Notes: generated by a model not told the origin, from the letters alone. A DNA stretch of 14,623 nt from Opitutia bacterium (GCA_050506795.1 JBJHCF010000016.1:77304-91926), one strand, 5' to 3'. Positions 1 through 8,732 are shown, counted from the first letter of the stretch. Program-made: numbers and translations.

Positions 1-728
1 GTGTAATTGCCCTGATCGGATCCACCGGAAATCGCGATGTCGGTTACGGCAACCGTTTTCCCTTCGCCCACTGAAGCGTCTGCAAACGCGGCGTCAAAAG
101 TGAACTCAAGCTCGTCGCCTTCGAGGCGGTCGTCATCGAACCCAACCCCAATCGCATCGGTGGTCCCGTCATAGACTTTGCTGTCAGCCGTGAAGCCACT
201 GAGCATCAATTCCCGGGCAGTGATGTCCGCCGTCAGGCCTTCCGGCTGGGTCAGCGAGTAGTTGCCGGCATCTTCGCCGGTCAACGTCAGCGACGCGGTC
301 ACCGCGATTGCTTCGCCCACTCCCGACTGCGCAAAACTCCCCGCGAGCGAATCGAACGAAACATCATCGTCGCCGACCACACCGTTTAGCTCCACTCCTG
401 TAATCGTCGCGACGGCGGTGCCGTCGTAAACTTTGTTTTCCGCTACCGCGCCACTCACCGTCAGCGCCTTCGCCGTGATATCGGCGGTCGCTTCACCGGT
501 CGTAGTCGCAAGGGTATAATTCCCCTGATCGGCTCCACCGGAAATCACGATGCTGGTTACATTAACCGCCTTGTCCTCTCCCGCCGCGGCGTCCGCGAAC
601 GCGGCGTCAAAGGTGAACTCAAGCTCGTCACCTTCGAGGCGGTCGTCGTTGAAACCCACTCCGGCCACATCCGTGGTCCCGTCGTAAATTTTGCCGTCCG
701 CCGTGAAGCCGCTGAGCATCAATTCCCG
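1..728 (-). repeat. Intragenic direct repeat of a YDG unit: 1-215 vs 514-728 (offset 513 bp = 171 codons), with a different YDG variant between them
   Basis: Shared blocks such as GCGGCGTCAAA.GTGAACTCAAGCTCGTC.CCTTCGAGGCGGTCGTC and GAGCATCAATTCCCG (201-215 and 714-728). Confidence 0.9.
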
Positions 729-3700
729 AGCCAGAATTTCAAAATCTGCGGACTGAAATGTGATGGCGTAGTTATCCCCAGCGGAAAGATTTCCCAAATT
801 CAGAGTATACAGCCCCGCATTTTCGCCTTCTTCGCGATCGAGCGCACCTGACAGAATCTCATCGGTTTCTTCATACACAAAACCGCTCGCAGAAAAGCTG
901 AAGGAAGGATCCTCCTCACCGTAATCCTTCGCCTGGCCGGAATCGGCAACAACAGTCAGCTCCGCCTTTACAATCGTCACAACCTGCTCCACCGGATCGG
1001 CTGGGGCGACGTCGTCGTTTCCGGATTGGGTCGCGGTCACCTTCGTCGAACCGGCCCTCAAAATAGTCGCCATATTGCCTTCGATACTGATCACATCCTC
1101 GTGTTCAGCGGTATAGGTGACCGTCAGACCTTCTGATGACGTTTCCGGGCCGAGCTGGAATTCGTCGTCGCCCCAGGTTTTGTGGGCAACCGGATCAAAA
1201 GCGATCTCCTGCAGAATAAAAAGCGTTGTAAAACGCCAGGTTCCGGACTCCCGGTCGAAGCCCTCAAACAAGTTGCCGGCATCGTCCATCACCGTTCCCT
1301 CGCTCATGGAAACCGTAATATCGGTGCCTGCCGTAAATGCATGATTCGGGTCGATCGTGAGGGTCAGCCTGTCGCCGGACAGAGACAGTTGATCCCTGTC
1401 GGAAGGATCGGAAAGTTCCAGAGAAATCACAGGAGTTGAATCCGAACCTTCATAAAAATTAATCCAACCGGCAGTTCCCGGAAAGACCGTTTCATCAAAC
1501 GTTATAACCAATTCCGTATCACGTATAATCCCGTCCGCATCGGGTTGCGGGTATAGTAAAACGAATTCAGGCTTTGTCCGGTCCGATTCGATTTCGAAAG
1601 TAACGGAAGCCACGTTGTCATTGCCGGCTGCATCTTGAGCCGAGCCCTGGGGAACATCTATGGTTACCGGCCCGTCGCCCTTGGGAACTACTGTTACGCT
1701 GAATTTGGTGTCGCCGTCATTACCGCTGAATCCGGAGAGCTGAGCGTTTTCGGCCACAATATCGCCTTGGGCAAAATTGAATACCGGCTGGTCAAAAGTT
1801 ATGGTTATATTAAAATCATCGGCGTTGGTCGGTCCGGATTCCTGGGAACTGATGGCTACCTGCGGTGGAGTCACATCGTAGGTAATCGCAAATTCACTGG
1901 AAGCCTCGTTTTGGTTTCCGGCAGCATCACTCAGAACGTTTTCGCTCAGTTGAATGCTGATCTGCCCTTCCTGCAGCGATTCGACGGTCAACACAAATTC
2001 GGGATTCGCCGCATCATCAATACCGGTAATCTGGCCGCCACTGATGACAAAATCCGCGGCGGATAGTCTACTGACCGGCTGACCGAAGATTTCGGTAACC
2101 GTCAGTGTAGCCTCGAAAGTTTCGGCGTTGGTTGGATCCTTTTCGCTGCTGGACAGCACCGCAGTTGGCCGGGTATCTCCAAATTCTATGGTAAAGTTCT
2201 CCTCATCAGCCTCATTGCTATTGCCGGCAAGGTCTGAAAATACCCCGGCGGGCACGCCCACTTCGATGACGGCGGATGAGATCGTCACCGGACCGGCGGC
2301 GATGGTTATGCTGAATTCAGTATGGTCGCCGGTCGAGAAACCCGTGGCCGAGCCGTTGGTTACACTCAACTTTGATTCGTCGAAGTCGGCGATCTCCTTG
2401 TCGAAGGTGATAACAACATCAAATTCTGTTTGGTTGGTCGGGTCGCTCAACCCTGCTGATCGCGCGATAGAGGTAATTGTTGGGGCGACCGCGTCCACCA
2501 ACACACCAACCGTGGAGCCCACGGAATTCAGCGATGTGTTCAGGTCGTTGCCCGCGGCATCGCGCAGAGTGCCGCCATTGGCGTCGATCGAGGCGGCGAC
2601 GGAAATGCCGTCGGTATCGTTATCTCCCGCCTGGACGGTATAACGAAACACCAGCGCTGAAGTGCCGCTGCCACTGAGGTAGCTGGCCTGCCGAGTGGTC
2701 GCGCCCACCGTCAGGGCGATTTGCGGCGTGCCGCCGGTGGTGTTCACGGTGACGTTCTGGTCGGTGTTGACGATAAAATCGAGATTCTGCCCGGCCACAT
2801 AGGTACCGTCGGCAGGCACGCTTACGCTGGTGACTGTCGGGGGAATACTTGCAACAGGTGAGGTGACCTGAATGTTATTGATACTGTGGTTTGTGGTACC
2901 ATCTCCAGCCCATCCAGCGTCGCTGATATAGATCCTTACATCATCTACATTAGAAAATGATTCGCTTAACGTTACTGTTATGGGAACATAATCCGCGGCA
3001 AAGCCATCGAATGTCATCGAAGCAACCTCGGTGCCGTCTCGATATCCTTTTATGGTATTGGTAAAAGATTCGGATTCTCCCCAGTTATAATAGGTAAACT
3101 GAATCAGGCGAAATTCACTGCCGTCTGCAGATTTCACAGACATCCCTTTTGTGCCTTCGTTGTTATTATCATACGTAAGCCCTGAATAATCCGGATCACC
3201 ACTGAAAAGAAAATCATGACCTTTCCAGTCAAGAGAATCCAAAAACGTCCCGTCCTCATCAGAGATATTGAAAATCTGGATATCAATATCATTGATGGAT
3301 TGGGAGCCTCCCTCACCATCTGATGCAATATTGTCACCTGTAATATCGGCGGAGTTCTTAGTGAATGTTAATGTGGGGCTGGTGCTTAAGTCTACTGATG
3401 GAGCCTCAGGATCCGGCGCTTCGGTACTGGCGTTTTTAATAGTAAACTCCACCAAATTGAACACATCGGGCGGGGTTTGGCTATTGGTTGTGAAGGTGAT
3501 TCGAAAGCGATCAATTTGAAGTCCCTCAAAAACAGAATAGTCTATGGGGTATCTGGTTTCTTCGTTATCGGATTGGCTGGTAAACGGAATAGTCTCGGCC
3601 ACAACCGTCTCACCCTGAAACCCCTGTACGATTACGTTTTGAAAACGGGCAACACTTACGCCATAGTCATACTCACCAATAAAAATATCCTCAACTTCAA

Positions 3701-4064
3701 ATCCTCCCAGATCAGAAGCCGGGTTTGGCGTAATCTCAAACCAATCGGTTTTCTCAATTCCCCCGGCTTGCGAATCACTCAGATACGCACCCCATTGATC
3801 AGCATTTATTCTATCAGGCCGTGAGGCATTCAGAATAAAAAAATTATCCGGGCTTATCCAGCGATCAGTTCCGTCATTCATATTACCATACCCGGTAAAA
3901 TCCTGTGTGGCATCGGGCAAAGCCTGCGCATTTACAGACTGTACGGAAACTAATGATAAGAGCATTGCCACGAATAGAGGTAGAATCTTATTCAAAAACC
4001 TGCCGGAATTCTTCTGTGGGAGTCTATGATTAATGCGCTCGATATGGGTTTCGAAGTGATTCAT
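1..4064 (-). CDS. Large secreted surface protein/adhesin (5' part, >1350 aa, continues beyond the left edge): two N-terminal beta-rich domains, several Ig-like repeats, an MBG-like domain and YDG repeats
   Basis: Manual translation from ATG at 4064 gives MNHFETHIERINHRLPQKNSGRFLNKILPLFVAMLLSLVSVQSVNAQA (signal-peptide-like). The frame matches the frame at position 1 (GSDQGNYT), and no stop was seen in the parts translated. Repeat motifs: DAAGN/DLAGN Ig-like units (~1225-2845), KDYGEEDPSFSF..GENAGLYTL MBG-like (~733-963), KVYDGT/KIYDGT YDG units (1-730). Confidence 0.9.
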   Translation of the reverse strand, partial: MNHFETHIERINHRLPQKNSGRFLNKILPLFVAMLLSLVSVQSVNAQALPDATQDFTGYGNMNDGTDRWISPDNFFILNASRPDRINADQWGAYLSDSQAGGIEKTDWFEITPNPASDLGGFEVEDIFIGEYDYGVSVARFQNVIVQGFQGETVVAETIPFTSQSDNEETRYPIDYSVFEGLQIDRFRITFTTNSQTPPDVFNLVEFTIKNASTEAPDPEAPSVDLSTSPTLTFTKNSADITGDNIASDGEGGSQSINDIDIQIFNISDEDGTFLDSLDWKGHDFLFSGDPDYSGLTYDNNNEGTKGMSVKSADGSEFRLIQFTYYNWGESESFTNTIKGYRDGTEVASMTFDGFAADYVPITVTLSESFSNVDDVRIYISDAGWAGDGTTNHSINNIQVTSPVASIPPTVTSVSVPADGTYVAGQNLDFIVNTDQNVTVNTTGGTPQIALTVGATTRQASYLSGSGTSALVFRYTVQAGDNDTDGISVAASIDANGGTLRDAAGNDLNTSLNSVGSTVGVLVDAVAPTITSIARSAGLSDPTNQTEFDVVITFDKEIADFDESKLSVTNGSATGFSTGDHTEFSITIAAGPVTISSAVIEVGVPAGVFSDLAGNSNEADEENFTIEFGDTRPTAVLSSSEKDPTNAETFEATLTVTEIFGQPVSRLSAADFVISGGQITGIDDAANPEFVLTVESLQEGQISIQLSENVLSDAAGNQNEASSEFAITYDVTPPQVAISSQESGPTNADDFNITITFDQPVFNFAQGDIVAENAQLSGFSGNDGDTKFSVTVVPKGDGPVTIDVPQGSAQDAAGNDNVASVTFEIESDRTKPEFVLLYPQPDADGIIRDTELVITFDETVFPGTAGWINFYEGSDSTPVISLELSDPSDRDQLSLSGDRLTLTIDPNHAFTAGTDITVSMSEGTVMDDAGNLFEGFDRESGTWRFTTLFILQEIAFDPVAHKTWGDDEFQLGPETSSEGLTVTYTAEHEDVISIEGNMATILRAGSTKVTATQSGNDDVAPADPVEQVVTIVKAELTVVADSGQAKDYGEEDPSFSFSASGFVYEETDEILSGALDREEGENAGLYTLNLGNLSAGDNYAITFQSADFEILARELMLSGFTADGKIYDGTTDVAGVGFNDDRLEGDELEFTFDAAFADAAAGEDKAVNVTSIVISGGADQGNYTLATTTGEATADITAKALTVSGAVAENKVYDGTAVATITGVELNGVVGDDDVSFDSLAGSFAQSGVGEAIAVTASLTLTGEDAGNYSLTQPEGLTADITARELMLSGFTADSKVYDGTTDAIGVGFDDDRLEGDELEFTFDAAFADASVGEGKTVAVTDIAISGGSDQGNY

Positions 4065-4248
4065 ATTCTTTTCTAAGTGGCTGGGCGTGATGGTTGAAGT
4101 ATCGACGGTTGTTGAAAACCTTTTCAGAGCTATAAAAGGGCCCTCACGAAGATGTGGCATAAACGCGATAATAGGACTTTGGTTTGCTCGCGTCTCCGTG
4201 GGGGAGCATGATACGGGCATCGTTTGAGAAAAGGTTGCGGCTCCGAAA

Positions 4249-5028
4249 TCACGAAAACCGCTTGGACCGACGCCTCCGAAGAAGCGTCCCTCCCAACATC
4301 AGGGCTCCGAGGAGCGCGGCATACGTGCCGGGCTCGGGAATGGCGTAAACGGCATTGGTGAAGAAATCGACTCCTTGGGCATGGTTTGCAAAGACGTCGT
4401 TCAGGAGGCCGATGCCCATGACCCGCCCACCGGGAAACGTCCTGACCACGGCGGCTTCGCCGTTGCCGAACTCGGCCAGGAGGTCACCCTCGCCCGGTTC
4501 CACGCTCAAGCCGAACGAGTACTCAAACCATCCCGGGCTTTGCAGGTCGATCGGTCCCCCTATCTCGTTCGGCGAGTTCAGGGACGGATCGATCACAGTC
4601 AAGGTATCCTGATTGAAATTACCTGTGTATTGAAATCCGAACTGCGCCGCCCGCTGATTGGCGATCGCCAGGTCGGCCGCGGCCGTCCAGTCCGCGTACA
4701 TCGCCCATCCTCCGGCGGCCGCGAACTGGGCCAGGGCGTCGATAGACGCATAGTTCGTGGAAGAGCCCTGAATAAAAAGGATTCCCAGGTCGTAGTCGCC
4801 GGAGCCAATTTTCTGGGCGAAGGCGGCGTCGCTGGTCGCCGTTGTGATGGAGTCAAACTGCGCGGACGTAGCCAGCCCGTCGAGAGCCGCTGCCATGGCG
4901 TCATCGCCAATCACTTGGTCCGTCCAATACAAAATCGATGTTTCGGCCGGGAGGCTCGGCTGCAGGAACAGCAACAGCGTCAGCACTGAAAGCGTGTGAA
5001 TTCGTTTGATTTTTCTGATTTTGAGCAT
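4249..5028 (-). CDS. PEP-CTERM sorting-domain surface protein (259 aa)
   Basis: C-terminus IPEPGTYAALLGALMLGGTLLRRRRSKRFS (PEP + TM helix + Arg cluster). The ATG at 5028 gives a signal-peptide-like N-terminus MLKIRKIKRIHTLSVLTLLLFLQPSLPA. Confidence 0.92.
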   Translation of the reverse strand: MLKIRKIKRIHTLSVLTLLLFLQPSLPAETSILYWTDQVIGDDAMAAALDGLATSAQFDSITTATSDAAFAQKIGSGDYDLGILFIQGSSTNYASIDALAQFAAAGGWAMYADWTAAADLAIANQRAAQFGFQYTGNFNQDTLTVIDPSLNSPNEIGGPIDLQSPGWFEYSFGLSVEPGEGDLLAEFGNGEAAVVRTFPGGRVMGIGLLNDVFANHAQGVDFFTNAVYAIPEPGTYAALLGALMLGGTLLRRRRSKRFS

Positions 5029-5220
5029 TTTAGGAAAAAATTTACAGTGATGTGACGGGGAGGATACGCACGTCTCATTGGAGTGTATCGCAGCGTTATT
5101 ACGATACCGCCATTCGGGTTCGAACAGGAAGTGCATGACTACCAACGTTCCCAGGACCTGAGACCCATTCCAAACGGCTGAAAGGCGCGTCCTTAACAGA
5201 GCCCAAGGAGTAATCTATCT

Positions 5221-5260
5221 TAGGTCAACACCTATAGGGGAAAACCCTAGGTTTTCCGTA
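5221..5260. promoter_or_regulatory. Tandem TAGG-N6/7-CCTA inverted repeats, candidate NarL/LuxR-type operator
   Basis: TAGGTCAACACCTA (5221-5234) abuts TAGGGGAAAACCCTA (5235-5249) and overlaps GGAAAACC-CTA-GGTTTTCC (5239-5257). It lies in the AT-richer intergenic region upstream of the PEP-CTERM gene. Confidence 0.5.
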
Positions 5261-5443
5261 ATACTTCACTTACTTTTGGCCGTAGGTATCCGTCTCCTGA
5301 GAGTAAAACCCCAGAAGTTCGATCATGGACCGTCGACCAAGCCGCATCCACCTTCCAGTGTACGACGTTCTAAAACCTCATCCGCAGATTACCCCCCTGG
5401 TAATCAGTCACATCGAGCTAACACACGGCTTCGCGGCAGGCAA

Positions 5444-5962
5444 TCATTGACGCACGGGTTTCCAGGTACGCCGCCCCCAATCAGCACGTTCAAATCGATA
5501 CACGCGGCAGACGTCGTCGCCAAAAGTGCGCTCCTCCACGAACCGGAAGCCAAGCCGTTCATAAAACCGGTGCGCGCGGGTGTTGTTCGCCATGGGATCA
5601 ACCAGTACGGCGGTGACTTCCGGCGATTCGAAACACCGCGCCAACGCCTGGCGCATCATTTCCGAGCCGTAACCCTGTCCGAGGCAATCGGCTTCGCCGA
5701 TCCAAATGTCCACCGCCCGCAGTTCCGACCCAACATCGCCCCAATACTTTTCCTCGTCACCGGATGGATCGATGATTTCCAAGAACCCGATCGGACGGCC
5801 GTCGAGTTCGGCGATAAACGGCTCCTTCCAGGACGCCTTGTCGGCCAATTCGGTCTCCCAGGCCCAATCCTCGTCTCCTTTGGCGGCGCGCACGTGCGGC
5901 GCTTTGTCCCATCGACGGAGCAAAGGGGCATCACCAGAAATCGCTGGACGCAAATGGATCAT
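5444..5962 (-). CDS. GNAT N-acetyltransferase, aminoglycoside AAC(6')-like (172 aa)
   Basis: Motifs IAELDGRPIGFL, RAVDIWIGEADCLGQGYGSEMM (acetyl-CoA binding) and LVDPMANNTRAHRFYERLGFR. Start taken at ATG 5962 (MIHLRPA). Confidence 0.88.
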   Translation of the reverse strand: MIHLRPAISGDAPLLRRWDKAPHVRAAKGDEDWAWETELADKASWKEPFIAELDGRPIGFLEIIDPSGDEEKYWGDVGSELRAVDIWIGEADCLGQGYGSEMMRQALARCFESPEVTAVLVDPMANNTRAHRFYERLGFRFVEERTFGDDVCRVYRFERADWGRRTWKPVRQ

Positions 5963-6164
5963 GGCTGAACGACCTGAAGGCTTGAAAAATGGATCTTCGC
6001 AATTCGCGGTAGGCTCCAAAGCAGTGACTTCCTGGAAGTTGCGCCCCCGGAATTGTCCGGCTGAAGCACGGACCTACGCGAAAGGACCATTATCGAGTAG
6101 TGCCGTGCTTCAGCCGGCCCATGAAAGCCACACCAAACAGCGAGGCATCTGAAATAATCACGCA

Positions 6165-6851
6165 TCAGTCACTCGACAATCCCGCGTGCCGTAGAGCGTC
6201 CTTCAGGACCGCTTTACCTTCCGTTTCGATAATGGTTCCATGCCCGACCACCACACGCTGGAAATCCCACTGTTCGAGAACCGCCCCCATTGAACGTCGG
6301 AACGCGTCCCGGTCGCGGATCATGCTTCGATAGAGGCGGCTGACCGAAGGTCGCCCGTAAGCCCGGTTCACCCAGCCCATCATAAAACGTGTCCAAAAAT
6401 CCGCCCCCGGACCAATGTTGAAAAGCAGGTCGCAGAGGACGAGAGTCCCACTGGCCCTGTGATAGAAAAGATGCTCCTTGGCCGACGGCATGCCCTCGAT
6501 TTCCCGGATTTCGACCTCCCGGGCCACGTCGACGGCCCAGTCGCTGAAATTCCGTCCGCCCTCGGCCCAGGGCCGCGACGTATCGGGTGCAAAGTAGAGA
6601 ATCTCCGGAAAGGCCCGTCGTCCTTCCGCGGCGAACGTGTCATGGAACAACGTCGCTTCGACCAGGAACGCCGGTTCTCCCAGGGAACGAACCTCAGCCA
6701 CGTCGCCCTCGGAGAACGGCGCCGTCGAATGGATCACCAGCCGTCCGTCGTCCAAACGCATCACCGTCGTCCGCCTGCCCAGCGACATCCCCATCATCCG
6801 GAACACGAAATCCCGGACCCAAAGATTTTCCGCTAATTGCCGGAAGCCCAC
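6165..6851 (-). CDS. DUF4336-family protein (metallo-beta-lactamase-like fold)
   Basis: RTTVMRLDDGRLVIHS, LVEATLFHD, EHLFYHRASGTLVLCDLLFN and WDFQRVVVGHG match the pattern I recall for DUF4336. GTG start. Confidence 0.8.
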   Translation of the reverse strand: MGFRQLAENLWVRDFVFRMMGMSLGRRTTVMRLDDGRLVIHSTAPFSEGDVAEVRSLGEPAFLVEATLFHDTFAAEGRRAFPEILYFAPDTSRPWAEGGRNFSDWAVDVAREVEIREIEGMPSAKEHLFYHRASGTLVLCDLLFNIGPGADFWTRFMMGWVNRAYGRPSVSRLYRSMIRDRDAFRRSMGAVLEQWDFQRVVVGHGTIIETEGKAVLKDALRHAGLSSD

Positions 6852-6915
6852 AATTCCAACAACCTAAACCCCGGAATGCCTCTGGCAATCGCAAAGACCC
6901 GCGGCGGCCCCCCCC

Positions 6916-6945
6916 TTGACCGGTAAGGACGCTACGGGGTATCCT
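6916..6945 (+). promoter_or_regulatory. Candidate sigma70 promoter for a leaderless hemolysin-III transcript
   Basis: TTGACC (6916-6921), 18 bp, TATCCT (6940-6945). The in-frame ATG at 6952 is 6 nt after the -10 box, leaving no room for a Shine-Dalgarno site. Confidence 0.5.
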
Positions 6946-6951
6946 GGTGTG

Positions 6952-7665
6952 ATGAGCGCGGGGCGGCCTGAGAACGAACGTGAACGGGAAATTGCGGATC
7001 GGCGCTCGCTTGACGCCAGCGCGATGAATGCTCCCGCCTACACCCGGCAGATGGATCGGTGGCACGCGTACTCGCACGCGCCCGGAATCTTGCTTGGCGT
7101 GGCGGCATTGGTACTGACGGTAACCCAGGCCGCCCGCTTCGGAGGAGCGGCGCTGGTGGTGGGATGCGCCCTGTACGGCGTCAGCGTGATTCTGCTCTAC
7201 GGCGCGTCCACCTGTTATCACGCGGCCCGGAACCCCAGCGTTAAGCGATTCTTTCGAGCCTGCGACCACGCCTGCATCTACCTGCTGATTGCCGGCACCT
7301 ACTCGCCGTTTGCCATGGGTCCGCTTGCGGGACCGTTGGGCTGGACGATTTTCGGTCTGATCTGGGGCTTCGCGCTCGCCGGTGTTGCCAAGGCCATCAT
7401 CTGGCCGGTGCGGGGCGGTATCCTTTCCACAGTATTCTATCTCGGCATGAGCTGGCTCGCGATCATAGCCATCGTCCCGCTTTGGCAAAACCTCCCGGCC
7501 TCCGCCTTCTGGTGGCTGGCCACCGGCGGCCTCGCCTACACTGCGGGGACCGCCTTTTACGGATGGAGAAACCTGCCCGGCAATCATTTGATCTGGCACG
7601 GCTTCGTCCTCGCCGGAAGCGCCTGTCACCTCGTCTCGATCCTGATTTTCATCACCGCGATGTGA
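6952..7665 (+). CDS. Hemolysin III / PAQR (TrhA/YqfA-like) membrane protein
   Basis: About seven hydrophobic segments with the family motifs YSH, STCYH, DHACIYLLIAGTYSPF and HLIWHGFVLAGSACH. Start is uncertain (6952 preferred; 7024 possible). Confidence 0.92.
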   Translation: MSAGRPENEREREIADRRSLDASAMNAPAYTRQMDRWHAYSHAPGILLGVAALVLTVTQAARFGGAALVVGCALYGVSVILLYGASTCYHAARNPSVKRFFRACDHACIYLLIAGTYSPFAMGPLAGPLGWTIFGLIWGFALAGVAKAIIWPVRGGILSTVFYLGMSWLAIIAIVPLWQNLPASAFWWLATGGLAYTAGTAFYGWRNLPGNHLIWHGFVLAGSACHLVSILIFITAM

Positions 7666-7710
7666 GGCGGCCTATCCGGCTCCGCATACGCGAATCGGAA
7701 TTCCGAAATA

Positions 7711-7775
7711 GAAGTAGCGCACGCATCTTGCGTGTGTGCGGTTTTCGGTCGCACGCAAGATGCGTGCACTACTTC
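7711..7775. repeat. REPIN: inverted pair of GTAG-type REPs between convergent genes
   Basis: GTAGCGCACGCATCTTGCGTG (7714-7734), 17-bp spacer, CACGCAAGATGCGTGCACTAC (7752-7772). Flanks GAA/TTC extend the inverted repeat. Confidence 0.9.
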
Positions 7776-7791
7776 CAGCCAATCCCTCAAC

Positions 7792-7809
7792 TGAGTGCCG
7801 TTGCACTCA
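7792..7809. terminator. Small hairpin between convergent genes, possible terminator
   Basis: TGAGTGC-CGTT-GCACTCA, 20 nt downstream of the M48 stop. There is no clear U-tract. Confidence 0.3.
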
Positions 7810-7828
7810 ACACGTTGTTATTATTTCC

Positions 7829-8575
7829 TTACGGCACCCTCACAATTGGTTGATCTCCAGGGACCTCGGCCAACCGGGCTTTTCTTTCCTTCCAGTCGGG
7901 CATGTGGCGACTGAGCAGGCGATAGAAGGCGGGGCTGTGGTTGTGGATCTTGAGGTGGCAGAGTTCGTGAACGATGACGTAATCAATGCAATGCCGGGGC
8001 GCTTTGATTAATTCGAGATTGAGAGAAATCGTTCCCAGCGGAGAGCAGGTGCCCCAGGCCCGCTTCATGGTCCGGATCTGGAAGCGGAGGGTTCTCGGTC
8101 TCAGCGACGGGGCGGTTTCCAATAATCGTTCAATTTGTTCGCGAAATACACGTTCGGCCCGCGAACGATACCATCCGTTGAGGGCCGTAGCGACCTTGCG
8201 CGGGTTATCCGGCGCGGGTGTGCCAACCTGGAAATAACCGCCGGAGAGCTTCACTTCCGTCCGCTCCGCCTTTTGCACCCGGAGCCGATATTGGCGCCCG
8301 AGGTAGAGATGGGTCTCTCCCGAAACATAGCGCCGGGGTTCGGGCGCCGGAAGGTATTGCTCAAAATGTCGGCGTTGCCGGATGATCCACTTGCGCCGCC
8401 TGTGCAGATGCGCGATGACTTCATCGACCGACCGCCCGGCCGGGGCGATAGCCGTCACGGAACGGTCGGGATGCACAGAGAGGCTCAGTCGCTTGCGGTC
8501 GCCAAAGGACACCGCCACGGGAATCGTCTCGCCGCCGTAGGCGAGATGTACCGTTGTACGAAATTCGTTAGTCAT
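7829..8575 (-). CDS. M48/SprT-like YgjP (DUF45) zinc metallopeptidase-family protein, typical hsdR neighbour (248 aa)
   Basis: YVSGETHLYLGRQYRL, MKRAWGTCS, IDYVIVHELCHL (HExxH) and NHSPAFYRLL..MPDW. Confidence 0.92.
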   Translation of the reverse strand: MTNEFRTTVHLAYGGETIPVAVSFGDRKRLSLSVHPDRSVTAIAPAGRSVDEVIAHLHRRRKWIIRQRRHFEQYLPAPEPRRYVSGETHLYLGRQYRLRVQKAERTEVKLSGGYFQVGTPAPDNPRKVATALNGWYRSRAERVFREQIERLLETAPSLRPRTLRFQIRTMKRAWGTCSPLGTISLNLELIKAPRHCIDYVIVHELCHLKIHNHSPAFYRLLSRHMPDWKERKARLAEVPGDQPIVRVP

Positions 8576-8732
8576 GGATGGGAATGAGGCGCAGCCCAAA
8601 GTAGTGCACGCTTCCAGCGTGCGAAATCAATCTCGCGTGCACGCTTCCAGCGTGCGAATACGGCGGATGCACGCTGGCCCGCGACGAGCTCGGCCGAGTC
8701 GAAGCGTGCGCTACTACGATAAATTCACCCAT
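8568..8732 (-). other. REP-encoded mini-ORF (54 aa) bridging hsdR stop and M48 start; translation unproven
   Basis: ATG at 8732 overlaps the hsdR end (ATGGGTGA). TAA at 8568 overlaps the M48 start (ATGACTAA). Peptide MGEFIVVAHASTRPSSSRASVHPPYSHAGSVH... Confidence 0.35.
8601..8714. repeat. REP cluster between hsdR and M48 gene
   Basis: Intact forward REP 8601-8621. GTAG-less forward copy 8637-8655. Reverse REP 8670-8714 split by a 24-bp insertion. Confidence 0.88.

Noticed and set aside
1117..3824. Short ORFs listed over the left region (e.g. 1635-2066, 2128-2643, 3134-3337, 3477-3824)
   Set aside because: All overlap the long minus-strand adhesin frame, which has coherent domain motifs.
5444..5962. 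Bona fide aminoglycoside resistance gene or integron cassette
   Set aside because: Only family-level GNAT similarity. I could not identify an attC site or integrase, and the substrate cannot be inferred.
6694..7629. 311-aa minus-strand ORF, plus other overlapping ORFs such as 5276-5968 and 12149-12853
   Set aside because: Antisense to well-supported genes, with no family motifs.
7695..7706. Perfect 12-bp palindrome TCGGAATTCCGA next to the REPIN
   Set aside because: Single short occurrence with no supporting context.
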